From Puia dinghuensis (lineage in GTDB: Bacteria; Bacteroidota; Bacteroidia; Chitinophagales; Chitinophagaceae), in the NCBI GenBank assembly GCA_026225275.1, contig JAMFSL010000219.1, positions 1,459 to 65,458 on the forward strand: 64,000 nucleotides of DNA, given 5' to 3'. Numbering within the stretch: position 1 is the stretch's first letter; every line of letters starts with the position of its first letter. Below the pieces are notes generated by a model that did not search any database, had not been told where the DNA came from, and saw only the letters and a program-made list of their open reading frames with translations. A program made the position numbers and the translations under genes. Shown here piece after piece: positions 56,220-64,000 of this stretch.

Positions 56220-58127
56220 ATGAGCATGGTAGACTCGTTCGAGAAAATTCCGGTAAAGATCTTTGGTTCATTGGAAGAAGGCAGCCGCTTTATCGGCAAA
56301 GAAATTGCCCATCTGATCAGGGAAAAAGAGTCCAAAGGTGAAAAGGCCGTACTGGGTCTGGCGACCGGTTCCTCACCCAAATCCCTGTATACGGAGCTGG
56401 TCAGGCTGCATCGGGAAGAACGACTGAGCTTCAGGAACGTGATCACCTTTAACCTCGATGAATACTACCCTATCGATAATGATGCCCTGCAGAGCTACAA
56501 CCGTTTCATGAAGGAGCAGTTGTTCGACAAGATAGACATCGATCCCAAAAACTGTCATATTCCCAACGGGCAGTGGCAGAAAGAAAATATCAAGCAGCAC
56601 TGTATCGAATATGAGCAGCTGATCGAAGATGCAGGCGGTATCGACCTGCAGATCCTGGGCATCGGCAACAACGGGCATATCGGCTTCAACGAGCCTGGTT
56701 CCAGCATTTATTCCCGGACGAGGCTCGTGCCGCTGGACAACTCCACCCGGATTGCCAATTCACATGATTTTCAGAATATCTCGCAGGTGCCGCGGCTGGC
56801 GGTCACCATGGGTATCAGCACCATCCTGAAGGCCAGGCGGATCATTTTGATGGCCTGGGGTCAGATCAAGGCGCCAGTCCTTCAGAAGGCGGTAGAAGGC
56901 AACGTGACAGAGCAGATCCCGGCATCGCTGCTGCAGCAGCACAACGACAGCACTTTTGTGATCGATGAGATGGCAGCCAACGAGCTGACCCGATTCAAGT
57001 CCCCATGGCTGACAGGCGACACTGCGTGGACGCCAGCCCTGATCCGCAAGGCCGTCGTCAATATGGCGCTGAAGTTGGGTAAGCCCATCCTGAGCCTTAC
57101 CAACAACGATTATAATGACAATGGTCTCAGCGACCTGTTAGTGGAAAAAGGAGATGCCTACGAAGTCAATCTGCAGGTATTCTATTTATTACGAGACAGT
57201 ATTACCGGCTGGCCCGGGGGCAAGCCCGGCGCGCATCTACCTACTCATCCTGAACGTTCCGAGCCTTTTCCCAAGCGGACGATGATCTTCTCGCCCCACC
57301 CTGATGACGATATCATTTCCATGGGCGGCACTTTTATGCGGCTGCATGACCAGGGGCATGACGTACATGTCGCTTACCAGACGTCGGGAAATATTGCGGT
57401 CACGGATGAATTTGTCACCCGATTCCTGGATTTCGCCGTCGGCTTTGAAATCCTTGCCGGTATCGATGCGAAGAAGTCTTCGCAGATCCTGGAGCAGGCC
57501 ACCAGTTACCTTAAGACTAAAAAACCGAGCGATATAGATACGCAGGAGATCCGGAGCATCAAGGGGCTCATCCGGCGTTGCGAGGCCAAGGCAACCTGTC
57601 GTTATGTAGGCATTCCCGACGAAAATATCCATTTCATGAACCTTCCTTTTTATGAGACGGGGACCATCGAGAAAAAGCCGATGGGGGAAGAAGATGTGCA
57701 GCTGACCATCGAGCTGTTGCGAAAGGTCAAGCCGCACCAGATCTATTGTGCAGGGGATCTGGCCGATCCGCATGGTACGCACAAGGTCTGTCTGGATGTG
57801 GTGTTCGAGTCGCTGCGGCGGCTGAAGGCAGCCGGGGATAGCTGGTTGAATGACTGCTGGCTGTGGCTGTACAAGGGGGCCTGGCAGGAATGGGATATCA
57901 GCGAGATCGAAATGGCGATCCCTATGAGCCCGGACCAGGTGAGGAAGAAAAGGTTTGGCATCTTCATCCATCAGTCGCAGAAAGACATGGTGCCCTTCCA
58001 GGGGAATGATAGCCGGGAGTTCTGGCAGCGGGCGGAAGACCGCAATGCGAATACGGCTAATTTGTATGCGCAGCTGGGGTTCACCAAATACGCCGCGATG
58101 GAGGCGTTTGTGAGGTGGCATTATTAA
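56220..58127 (+). CDS. nagB: Long-form glucosamine-6-phosphate deaminase (NagB domain fused to a LmbE/PIG-L-like deacetylase domain)
   Basis: 635 aa. The N-terminal half has NagB motifs (VLGLATGSSP, FNLDEYY, GIGNNGHIGFNEPGS). The C-terminal half has the LmbE-type PHPDDDIISMGGT motif. Confidence 0.85.
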   Translation: MSMVDSFEKIPVKIFGSLEEGSRFIGKEIAHLIREKESKGEKAVLGLATGSSPKSLYTELVRLHREERLSFRNVITFNLDEYYPIDNDALQSYNRFMKEQLFDKIDIDPKNCHIPNGQWQKENIKQHCIEYEQLIEDAGGIDLQILGIGNNGHIGFNEPGSSIYSRTRLVPLDNSTRIANSHDFQNISQVPRLAVTMGISTILKARRIILMAWGQIKAPVLQKAVEGNVTEQIPASLLQQHNDSTFVIDEMAANELTRFKSPWLTGDTAWTPALIRKAVVNMALKLGKPILSLTNNDYNDNGLSDLLVEKGDAYEVNLQVFYLLRDSITGWPGGKPGAHLPTHPERSEPFPKRTMIFSPHPDDDIISMGGTFMRLHDQGHDVHVAYQTSGNIAVTDEFVTRFLDFAVGFEILAGIDAKKSSQILEQATSYLKTKKPSDIDTQEIRSIKGLIRRCEAKATCRYVGIPDENIHFMNLPFYETGTIEKKPMGEEDVQLTIELLRKVKPHQIYCAGDLADPHGTHKVCLDVVFESLRRLKAAGDSWLNDCWLWLYKGAWQEWDISEIEMAIPMSPDQVRKKRFGIFIHQSQKDMVPFQGNDSREFWQRAEDRNANTANLYAQLGFTKYAAMEAFVRWHY

Positions 58128-58201
58128 TTCGCCAACGTCGCAGGAATTCTGTATTAAATTTGTGTTAATACAGCTTTATTGTATTTTTGTGGCTTTACCT
58201 T

Positions 58202-58861
58202 ATGCCACAGACTACAACCTTTATTACTATCAGACAGGAATGGCACGAAGCCTGGATCACCCCCAGTTTTCGACGAAAAGTGATCATCGGCATGGCGATA
58301 TTGATCCCCATTCTGGGCTTTTTGCCATACTTTTTTCAGTCGATAGAGCTAAGGCACGGCATCGTACTCAATGATCTTATATTAAGGGTATTAACGCCCC
58401 ATAATGTCTCGGTTCCTCTGTTTATCATCATCTGGGCGCTTTCTCTCTTATCCATCGTGAGGGCGGTGCAGCATCCCCGGATGTTCCTGACCTTTTTGTG
58501 GGCTTTCATCCCCCTGACGCTTTTCCGCATGCTGACGATCACCCTGGTGCCGCTGGACCCTCCGGTAGGATTGGTCGGGCTGGTGGATCCCCTCAGCAAT
58601 TTCTTTTACGGACCGAAATTCGTCACCCATGACCTGTTCTTCTCAGGCCATACTTCCACGGTATTTCTGCTGTATCTCTGCCTGCCGGGTAAGGTTGACA
58701 AGAAACTGGCGATGATCGTTACGTTGAGCGTCGCTATCCTGCTGTTGGTGCAGCATGTGCATTATACATATGATGTATTGGGAGGATTCCTTTTTGGCTG
58801 GATCGCCTGGCGGATCAGTACCCGGCTGATGGTTAAGGAGCCGGTAGGCCGGAACTGGTAG
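58202..58861 (+). CDS. PAP2_C / sphingomyelin-synthase-like membrane protein
   Basis: I placed the start at ATG 58202 (the track start at 58187 is TTG). It has multiple TM helices plus FFSGHTS and HYTYDVLGG, which match the SGHT and HYTxDV motifs of the SMS/IPC-synthase branch of the LPP superfamily. Confidence 0.6.
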   Translation: MPQTTTFITIRQEWHEAWITPSFRRKVIIGMAILIPILGFLPYFFQSIELRHGIVLNDLILRVLTPHNVSVPLFIIIWALSLLSIVRAVQHPRMFLTFLWAFIPLTLFRMLTITLVPLDPPVGLVGLVDPLSNFFYGPKFVTHDLFFSGHTSTVFLLYLCLPGKVDKKLAMIVTLSVAILLLVQHVHYTYDVLGGFLFGWIAWRISTRLMVKEPVGRNW

Positions 58862-58884
58862 TTTTGCCCGGCTGGTCGATCTCT

Positions 58885-60105
58885 TTAGAATGCCTCACCG
58901 AGCTGTAGGTATAATCCATTTGATCCGCCTTTTGCCAGCCCATAATCCAATCGAAGATTCAGTTTTTCCTTTTGATTCAGCGCAACGCGTAGTCCGCCGC
59001 CGTAGGAATATTTGAAGTGTTCCAGGTTGACATCTTTCAGTTCCGGTCCTACATTGCCTATATCCCCGAAACCCACCGCCCCAAAGCGCCAGAATAAGGG
59101 CACCCGGTATTCCGCCTGGATAACGCCGGCATTTTTGTCCCGATAGCGTCCTTCATAATAGCCGCGCATCAGGCTGGAACCGCCCAGATAAGCCAGGCTT
59201 CGGAGGGGGACCTCTCCATTATTGAACAGGCCGTATGCCTGCAGGGCCAGTACCTGGTCCTTATAGACCCTGATGAACCGGCGCAGGTCTAATATATAAC
59301 TGGTATACAGGTAGTTACTACCGAAAATAGGCGCAAATTGATCAAAATAAAACTGCAGCATCGATCCGCGATCGGGGGAAAAAGCGTTATTACGGGTATC
59401 ATAGGTCAGGCTCAATCCCAGGCCGGAGACATGGTATCCCTGTCTTCCCACTACATTTTCGATGACAAACAGTCCTCCCGAGTCATAATCGATATTAAAT
59501 ACACGTTGATACTGGTAGACGACGCCCAGGAACAGGCTTTTGGAGATCAGTAATTGGGGATGGAGGAACACAAAATATTGCTTAAAACTGTAGTTTTCCT
59601 CGTTGCTGTCAGGCGCCCTTTTGCCGAGGCCCCAGAATTCGTCGGGGAAGGAGCTATAGGACAGCTGTTCATTTAGGATGAACCGTTCGCCCGGGAAGTA
59701 GATGGAACCATTTATAGCCGACACAAACTGCTTACGGGTTGTATAGAGAGCGACCGCTTCCACGTTTGAGGTCCGCGAAACCGTATCCCGCAGCGTGGCC
59801 GCCGTATCGTGGCTTCTGAGGCGGAAAGTGGCTGCGCTGGCGCCCCCGAAGGACCAGCCGGTCTCGATGGACCGGGCGATGATTGGGAGTACAAGAACAT
59901 GATGTATATTTGCCGGGCTTTTGATAGGCAATTTGAGCTTATCGACGGGCACGGTTTTTAAACTATCATTTTGGGCAGCCGCGTTGAACGGTACCAAAAT
60001 AAAATAGGAAAGTCCAAGAAAATAGATAAATATTGCTTTTCTGATGAAAGGAGAAGGCAATGTTGTATTATATTTATTATTATGTCTATTGATAAAGTAA
60101 GGCAA
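58885..60105 (-). CDS. Omp85/BamA-superfamily (surface antigen D15-like) outer-membrane barrel without POTRA repeats
   Basis: 406 aa with a signal peptide (IFIYFLGLSYFILVPFNAAAQ), alternating beta-strand pattern, a GGS.LMRGY motif and a C-terminal ...LQLGEAF. Confidence 0.6.
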   Translation of the reverse strand: MPYFINRHNNKYNTTLPSPFIRKAIFIYFLGLSYFILVPFNAAAQNDSLKTVPVDKLKLPIKSPANIHHVLVLPIIARSIETGWSFGGASAATFRLRSHDTAATLRDTVSRTSNVEAVALYTTRKQFVSAINGSIYFPGERFILNEQLSYSSFPDEFWGLGKRAPDSNEENYSFKQYFVFLHPQLLISKSLFLGVVYQYQRVFNIDYDSGGLFVIENVVGRQGYHVSGLGLSLTYDTRNNAFSPDRGSMLQFYFDQFAPIFGSNYLYTSYILDLRRFIRVYKDQVLALQAYGLFNNGEVPLRSLAYLGGSSLMRGYYEGRYRDKNAGVIQAEYRVPLFWRFGAVGFGDIGNVGPELKDVNLEHFKYSYGGGLRVALNQKEKLNLRLDYGLAKGGSNGLYLQLGEAF

Positions 60106-60246
60106 ATTAACGCGGAAAATCTAGATTTCTTATATTTGATGATTAATGAAGATTTCACAATTTGTTAAAATTCAATTAACCCAATATTTAAAAGCTCTGA
60201 AGCGGAAAGGGATGACCCTTCCTTTTCTTAAATAAAGCTCGCAGTT

Positions 60247-61062
60247 ATGAAAAAATTCGAATGTCCCGATTTTGTTCTGGGAGAAAAAATAACAGAAGAA
60301 CAGTATAGCTTTTTCGATAAGTATGGCGTGATCATATTCAAGAATTTTTTGAATTCGGAGAGTGTTAAATTATACATATCAGAGCTTAACAGGATTGAGA
60401 AGCAATGGCTGGATGAAGGCCGGGACAAGATCAATGGTATTCCCCTGAAATTCGGAAAGGACCAGTATGGCAATAAGATGATCCAGCGGATGTGTTTTCT
60501 TTCCCTTTTCAGCAATCCGCTGCATGAACTGCTGCAGGACTCCCGCGTTCAAGCCACGACCGGCCTGTTATATCCCTATGATGGGCGTATCGGGGAAAAT
60601 GAAAAGGATGGATTGATCCTGAATCATTATGTCCGGATGCCCGAAAGCAATTTTACTCAAATGGGTTGGCATACAGATAGTCCGCGGGACCTTTTCATGG
60701 GCCAGAAGATTATGCCGATGTTGAATGTCGGCATTCACCTGGATGACACGCCGTTTGAAAATGGCGGGCTGCGGGTATTGCCGGGAACGCACAAACAAGG
60801 TATCCTCCGCCTCTTGTTCGGCAAAAAATATTTCATTGACAACAATCCCGATCGCCGCGAAATTGGCTTCGATCTAAAGGCCGGCGATCTGACCGTGCAT
60901 GATGGCCGGATCTGGCATCGCGCGCAGCAGTCGCCGCTATATGGGGAAGCCAGCCGCCGCCGGGTCATGTATATTCCTATCATCACGGGGAAATATATGC
61001 CCAAAGACGAACACAGCAAGACGCCATTCTATCATCGTCTTGCGGGAAAAGTACAGAATTAA
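60247..61062 (+). CDS. Phytanoyl-CoA dioxygenase (PhyH) family Fe(II)/2-oxoglutarate oxygenase
   Basis: 271 aa with the WHTDS (HxD) and HDGRIWHRA (distal His/Arg) motifs. Confidence 0.8.
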   Translation: MKKFECPDFVLGEKITEEQYSFFDKYGVIIFKNFLNSESVKLYISELNRIEKQWLDEGRDKINGIPLKFGKDQYGNKMIQRMCFLSLFSNPLHELLQDSRVQATTGLLYPYDGRIGENEKDGLILNHYVRMPESNFTQMGWHTDSPRDLFMGQKIMPMLNVGIHLDDTPFENGGLRVLPGTHKQGILRLLFGKKYFIDNNPDRREIGFDLKAGDLTVHDGRIWHRAQQSPLYGEASRRRVMYIPIITGKYMPKDEHSKTPFYHRLAGKVQN

Positions 61063-61145
61063 CATCATCATTTGATAATGCCGTTTGGCTGCGATACCCG
61101 ATGTAATGACATGCATCGGGTATCAAGTTTAAGTATCTTTATATT

Positions 61146-61922
61146 ATGACGGAATACGCTCTTATTACAGGTGCCAGCAAAGGGATTGGCAAGGCCATCG
61201 CTCATGAGTTGGCGGCGCGGGGATTCAATCTGTTGCTGGTAGCCCGGTCAGAAGCATTGTTGGAGGAGACAGCTACCCGCATCACTACGCTGCATCCCGT
61301 GAAAGCCGACTGGATGGCCCTCGATCTGTCTACCGCAGAGGCGCCGCAGAATGTCTATGACTGGTGCCGGGCCAAGGGATATACGGTGTCCGTGCTGGTC
61401 AACAATGCCGGTTACGGGCTGAGCGGTCCTTTTGAAAAATACAGTACTGACCAGAATCTGAACATGATGCAGCTGAATATGCTGACACTGGTCGCGCTGA
61501 CACGGCTATTCGTGCCGGACTTTCATCAGCTACCGAAGGCCTATATCATGAATATCGCCAGCTCTGCCGCCTACCAGGCCATTCCCAATCTCAGTCTCTA
61601 TGCGGCTACCAAGGCGTTCGTGCTGGCCTTCAGCCGCGGTCTGCACCAGGAACTGCATAACAGTCCCATTACCGTCACCTGTATCAGTCCCGGCGCCACG
61701 GACACCGATTTCGTCAACCGGGCTCAGCTGGGCGAAAAAGGGCTCAAAGCAGCGGATAAATTCAACATGACACCGGACGCCGTCGCTTCGATAGCGGTAC
61801 GCGCGATGCTGGCCGGCAAGGCCGAGGTCATCACCGGTTTCGTGAATAAGGTCGGCGCGGCGATGGCGTGGCTGCTGCCCAAGACATTGGTGGAGCGTAC
61901 TACGATGAAGATCTATGAATAA
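61146..61922 (+). CDS. Short-chain dehydrogenase/reductase (SDR)
   Basis: 258 aa with ITGASKGIGKAIA and YAATKAF motifs. Confidence 0.88.
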   Translation: MTEYALITGASKGIGKAIAHELAARGFNLLLVARSEALLEETATRITTLHPVKADWMALDLSTAEAPQNVYDWCRAKGYTVSVLVNNAGYGLSGPFEKYSTDQNLNMMQLNMLTLVALTRLFVPDFHQLPKAYIMNIASSAAYQAIPNLSLYAATKAFVLAFSRGLHQELHNSPITVTCISPGATDTDFVNRAQLGEKGLKAADKFNMTPDAVASIAVRAMLAGKAEVITGFVNKVGAAMAWLLPKTLVERTTMKIYE

Positions 61923-62000
61923 GTTTTTTCGTTCCCGATTTTGTAATATATTTGCAGCCCCTTAGCGCGTAAAGCATTCCTCCCTCAGCGCTTAAGAACT

Positions 62001-62074
62001 GGCCTTGTAGCTCAATTGAATAGAGCATCTGACTACGGATCAGAAGGTTTCAGGTTTGAATCCTGACAGGGTCA
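62001..62074 (+). tRNA. tRNA-Arg (anticodon ACG), CCA not encoded
   Basis: I folded the cloverleaf by hand. The acceptor is GGCCTTG/CAGGGTC (two G-U pairs). The D arm is GCTC-AATTGAATA-GAGC. The anticodon arm is TCTGA-CTACGGA-TCAGA. The variable loop is 5 nt, the T arm is TCAGG-TTTGAAT-CCTGA, and the discriminator is A. Confidence 0.85.
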
Positions 62075-62080
62075 CAAGCG

Positions 62081-62105
62081 CCCCCGACGATAGTCGGGGG
62101 TTTTT
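62081..62105 (+). terminator. Rho-independent terminator after tRNA-Arg
   Basis: The stem is CCCCCGAC (62081-62088) with GTCGGGGG (62093-62100), with a GATA loop and then TTTTT. Confidence 0.7.
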
Positions 62106-62576
62106 GCATTTCAGGAGCGGGGCGAACTTGTTCGCCAGAGCGGATGAATGCAAAAACCAGGCGCCTCCAGGCGCCGAGGGGCGTTTGGGTTTGGATGTCC
62201 AATCATTTTTATAACATACATGCCTACTCATTCTTTGGCTGTCTTAACAGATACGATAGTTCACCTATTCCACCAGATGATATGGTTATTGTGCAATGAC
62301 CATACAGTTCTTGGAATCTACGGCATGAGTTTTAGAAAACCTGGTGAAATTTTGTTCAATCTGTAAAGAGACAACAAGAGAACGCGGATTTTACAAATGC
62401 CTCCGCATACCCCTGCCGATGCTCGTTCCTGCACGGTTACTGTATCGAAACCGAACATCATCGTCTCGCTCAGGCCTTCACAGAAGAATGGTTTTAAAGA
62501 CTTTATAAACCCGGCACTCTTTTGGGATCACCCTAATGATTTGGCCGCCTTACTCGTCACAAAAACCGACCAACCC

Positions 62577-64000
62577 ATGTTCCGCAACTATCTCAAGATT
62601 GCCTTCCGCAGCCTCAGGAAAAGCAAGGGCTTTACCGCCCTCAACGTCATCGGCCTCGCTGCCGGCCTCGGTGTCTGTCTGCTGATCGTCCTGTACGTCA
62701 CTGACGAGCTCAGTTACGATCGCTACAACGTCAACGCCGACCGCATCTATCGGATCGATGAGGATCTCTACTTCAATAACACCCAGTACGACGCTACCAC
62801 CACCTCCAAATTTTTCGGCCCCGCTCTGGTCGCTTCCTATCCGAAGATCCAGCAGATGGTCCGATTCCGCAACCCGGGCGCCGAGCTGGTGAGGAAGGGC
62901 AACGACCACGTCCTCGACCATCATTTCACCTTCGCCGACTCGACGATCTTCAAGGTCTTCACTTTGCCCATGATCGCCGGCGACCCCAATACCGCCCTCA
63001 ACAACCCTCATTCCATCGTGATCGATGAAAGTGCCGCCCGCCGCTATTTCAACAGCACCGACGTCATCGGCCGCACCCTGGAGGTAGGTGGTAACAATAC
63101 ACCCCTCAAGATCACCGGGCTCATCCGGGACATGCCGGAACAGTCTCAGTTCCATTTCAGCTTCATCCGCCCCCTCCGCGAAGCCTACAACTTTAATGAC
63201 CCCAACGACAACAACTGGATAAGCAATGGTTATTATACCTATATCCTTGCCCAACCCGGCACCACGCGAGCCGAGGTCCAGAAGGATGTAGACGAAGTCG
63301 TCAACCTCAATATCAGCCCGGCCCTCCAGGGAATGTTCCACACTTCGGGCGCCGACCTCGAGAAAGCGGGTAATCATTTCCGGTGCCGCATCTTCCCCCT
63401 CGCCGATGTGCACCTCCATTCCAATAAGTCTGGTGAGCTCGAAGCCAACAGCAATATCCAGTTCGTATACATCTTCTCCGTAATCGCCGTGCTCATCCTC
63501 CTGATCGCCTGCGTCAATTTCATGAATCTCAGCACCGCCCGCTCCGCCAACCGCGCCAAGGAAGTGGGCATCCGCAAGGTCGCCGGCTCGACAAAAGGAC
63601 ACCTCATCCTCCAGTTCCTCACCGAGTCCATCCTGCTCAGCCTCTTCTCCCTCGTCCTCGCCCTTGGCATCGCTGTCCTGCTGCTACCGATGTTCAATCA
63701 GCTTGCCGGCAAATCGCTCCATCCCGACGCGCTCTTCAGCGGCCGGTTCCTGCCCATCCTCATCCTCCTGGTGCTGGTGGTCGGCTGTCTCGCAGGCAGC
63801 TACCCCGCCTTCTACCTTTCCTCCTTTCAGCCGATCGATGTATTGAAAGGGAAGATATCCGCGGGCTTCAAGAGCAGCTGGCTCCGAAGCAGCCTGGTGG
63901 TCTTTCAATTTTTTATTTCTATTGGCCTCATCGTCAGCACCCTCGTCATCTATCGCCAGCTGCACTATATTCGAAATAAGGAAGTCGGCTTTAACCGGGA
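62577..64000 (+). CDS. FtsX/MacB-type ABC transporter permease (3' end beyond the window; absent from the ORF track)
   Basis: My own translation from ATG 62577 is open to the window end: MFRNYLKIAFRSLRKSKGFTALNVIGLAAGLGVCLLIVLYVTDELSYDRYN...ACVNFMNLSTARSANRAKEVGIRKVAGS.... This is the standard MacB_PCD plus FtsX architecture. The track shows only its antisense shadow ORF. Confidence 0.85.
   Translation, partial: MFRNYLKIAFRSLRKSKGFTALNVIGLAAGLGVCLLIVLYVTDELSYDRYNVNADRIYRIDEDLYFNNTQYDATTTSKFFGPALVASYPKIQQMVRFRNPGAELVRKGNDHVLDHHFTFADSTIFKVFTLPMIAGDPNTALNNPHSIVIDESAARRYFNSTDVIGRTLEVGGNNTPLKITGLIRDMPEQSQFHFSFIRPLREAYNFNDPNDNNWISNGYYTYILAQPGTTRAEVQKDVDEVVNLNISPALQGMFHTSGADLEKAGNHFRCRIFPLADVHLHSNKSGELEANSNIQFVYIFSVIAVLILLIACVNFMNLSTARSANRAKEVGIRKVAGSTKGHLILQFLTESILLSLFSLVLALGIAVLLLPMFNQLAGKSLHPDALFSGRFLPILILLVLVVGCLAGSYPAFYLSSFQPIDVLKGKISAGFKSSWLRSSLVVFQFFISIGLIVSTLVIYRQLHYIRNKEVGFNR

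Noticed and set aside
62040-62231. A 63-aa minus-strand ORF
   Set aside because: It overlaps the 3' half of tRNA-Arg and its terminator, so it is almost certainly non-coding.
62550-63602. A 350-aa Asp/Gly/Glu/Val-rich minus-strand ORF, the only long ORF the track lists here
   Set aside because: It is the antisense shadow of the + strand FtsX/MacB permease that starts at 62577. That gene is open at the window end and so is missing from the track. The + strand translation has a textbook permease N-terminus.
1-64000. A search for transposases, integrases, prophage genes or rRNA, especially next to tRNA-Arg
   Set aside because: I found no ORF with recognisable DDE, tyrosine- or serine-recombinase or phage structural motifs, and no rRNA-like sequence.

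Overview
**Overview.** This 64-kb window looks like ordinary chromosome from a Bacteroidota genome, probably Chitinophagaceae or Sphingobacteriia-like. The evidence is SusC/SusD pairs, a FecR/ECF pair, a T9SS C-terminal sorting domain, a DUF2723 protein, a long-form NagB, TAnnTTTG-type promoter boxes and almost no Shine-Dalgarno sites. All product calls come from reading motifs by eye; no database search was run.

**Gene content, in order:**
- The 3' part of an OmpR-type response regulator gene.
- A czcC-czcB-czcA-like heavy-metal RND efflux operon, then DUF2723 and DUF2279/YfiM-like membrane proteins, then a second orphan czcA paralog.
- Several hypothetical envelope proteins, including one T9SS cargo.
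- glnS, yggS, an outer-membrane beta-barrel protein, and an acyl-CoA dehydrogenase.
- An AT-rich islet of tiny membrane ORFs.
- An arginine-deiminase-like gene paired with a CtlX-like gene.
- A three-gene toxin/antitoxin/SecB-like cassette; the toxin gene and its leader are GC-poor.
- DUF72, pfkA and pyk.
- A glycopeptide/N-glycan salvage cluster: cutC, glycosylasparaginase, two tandem CocE/NonD peptidases and a GH20-GH29 fusion.
- An SDR gene and an AraC regulator.
- Two tandem SusC/SusD pairs under a FecR/ECF module whose sigma gene carries an in-frame TAA.
- Long-form nagB, an SMS/PAP2-like membrane protein, an Omp85-like barrel, PhyH, an SDR, tRNA-Arg(ACG), and the 5' part of an FtsX-type ABC permease. 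The permease is open at the window end and missing from the ORF track.

**Most interesting.** The best candidate is a toxin-antitoxin-chaperone (TAC)-like cassette at 27.7-29.2 kb with a frameshifted toxin. Next are the nonsense-interrupted ECF sigma factor, the GH20-GH29 fusion, the duplicated czcA genes flanking DUF2723/DUF2279, an A19:U56 covariation in the tRNA, and several short tandem repeats.

**Not found.** I saw no CRISPR array, rRNA, transposase or integrase.
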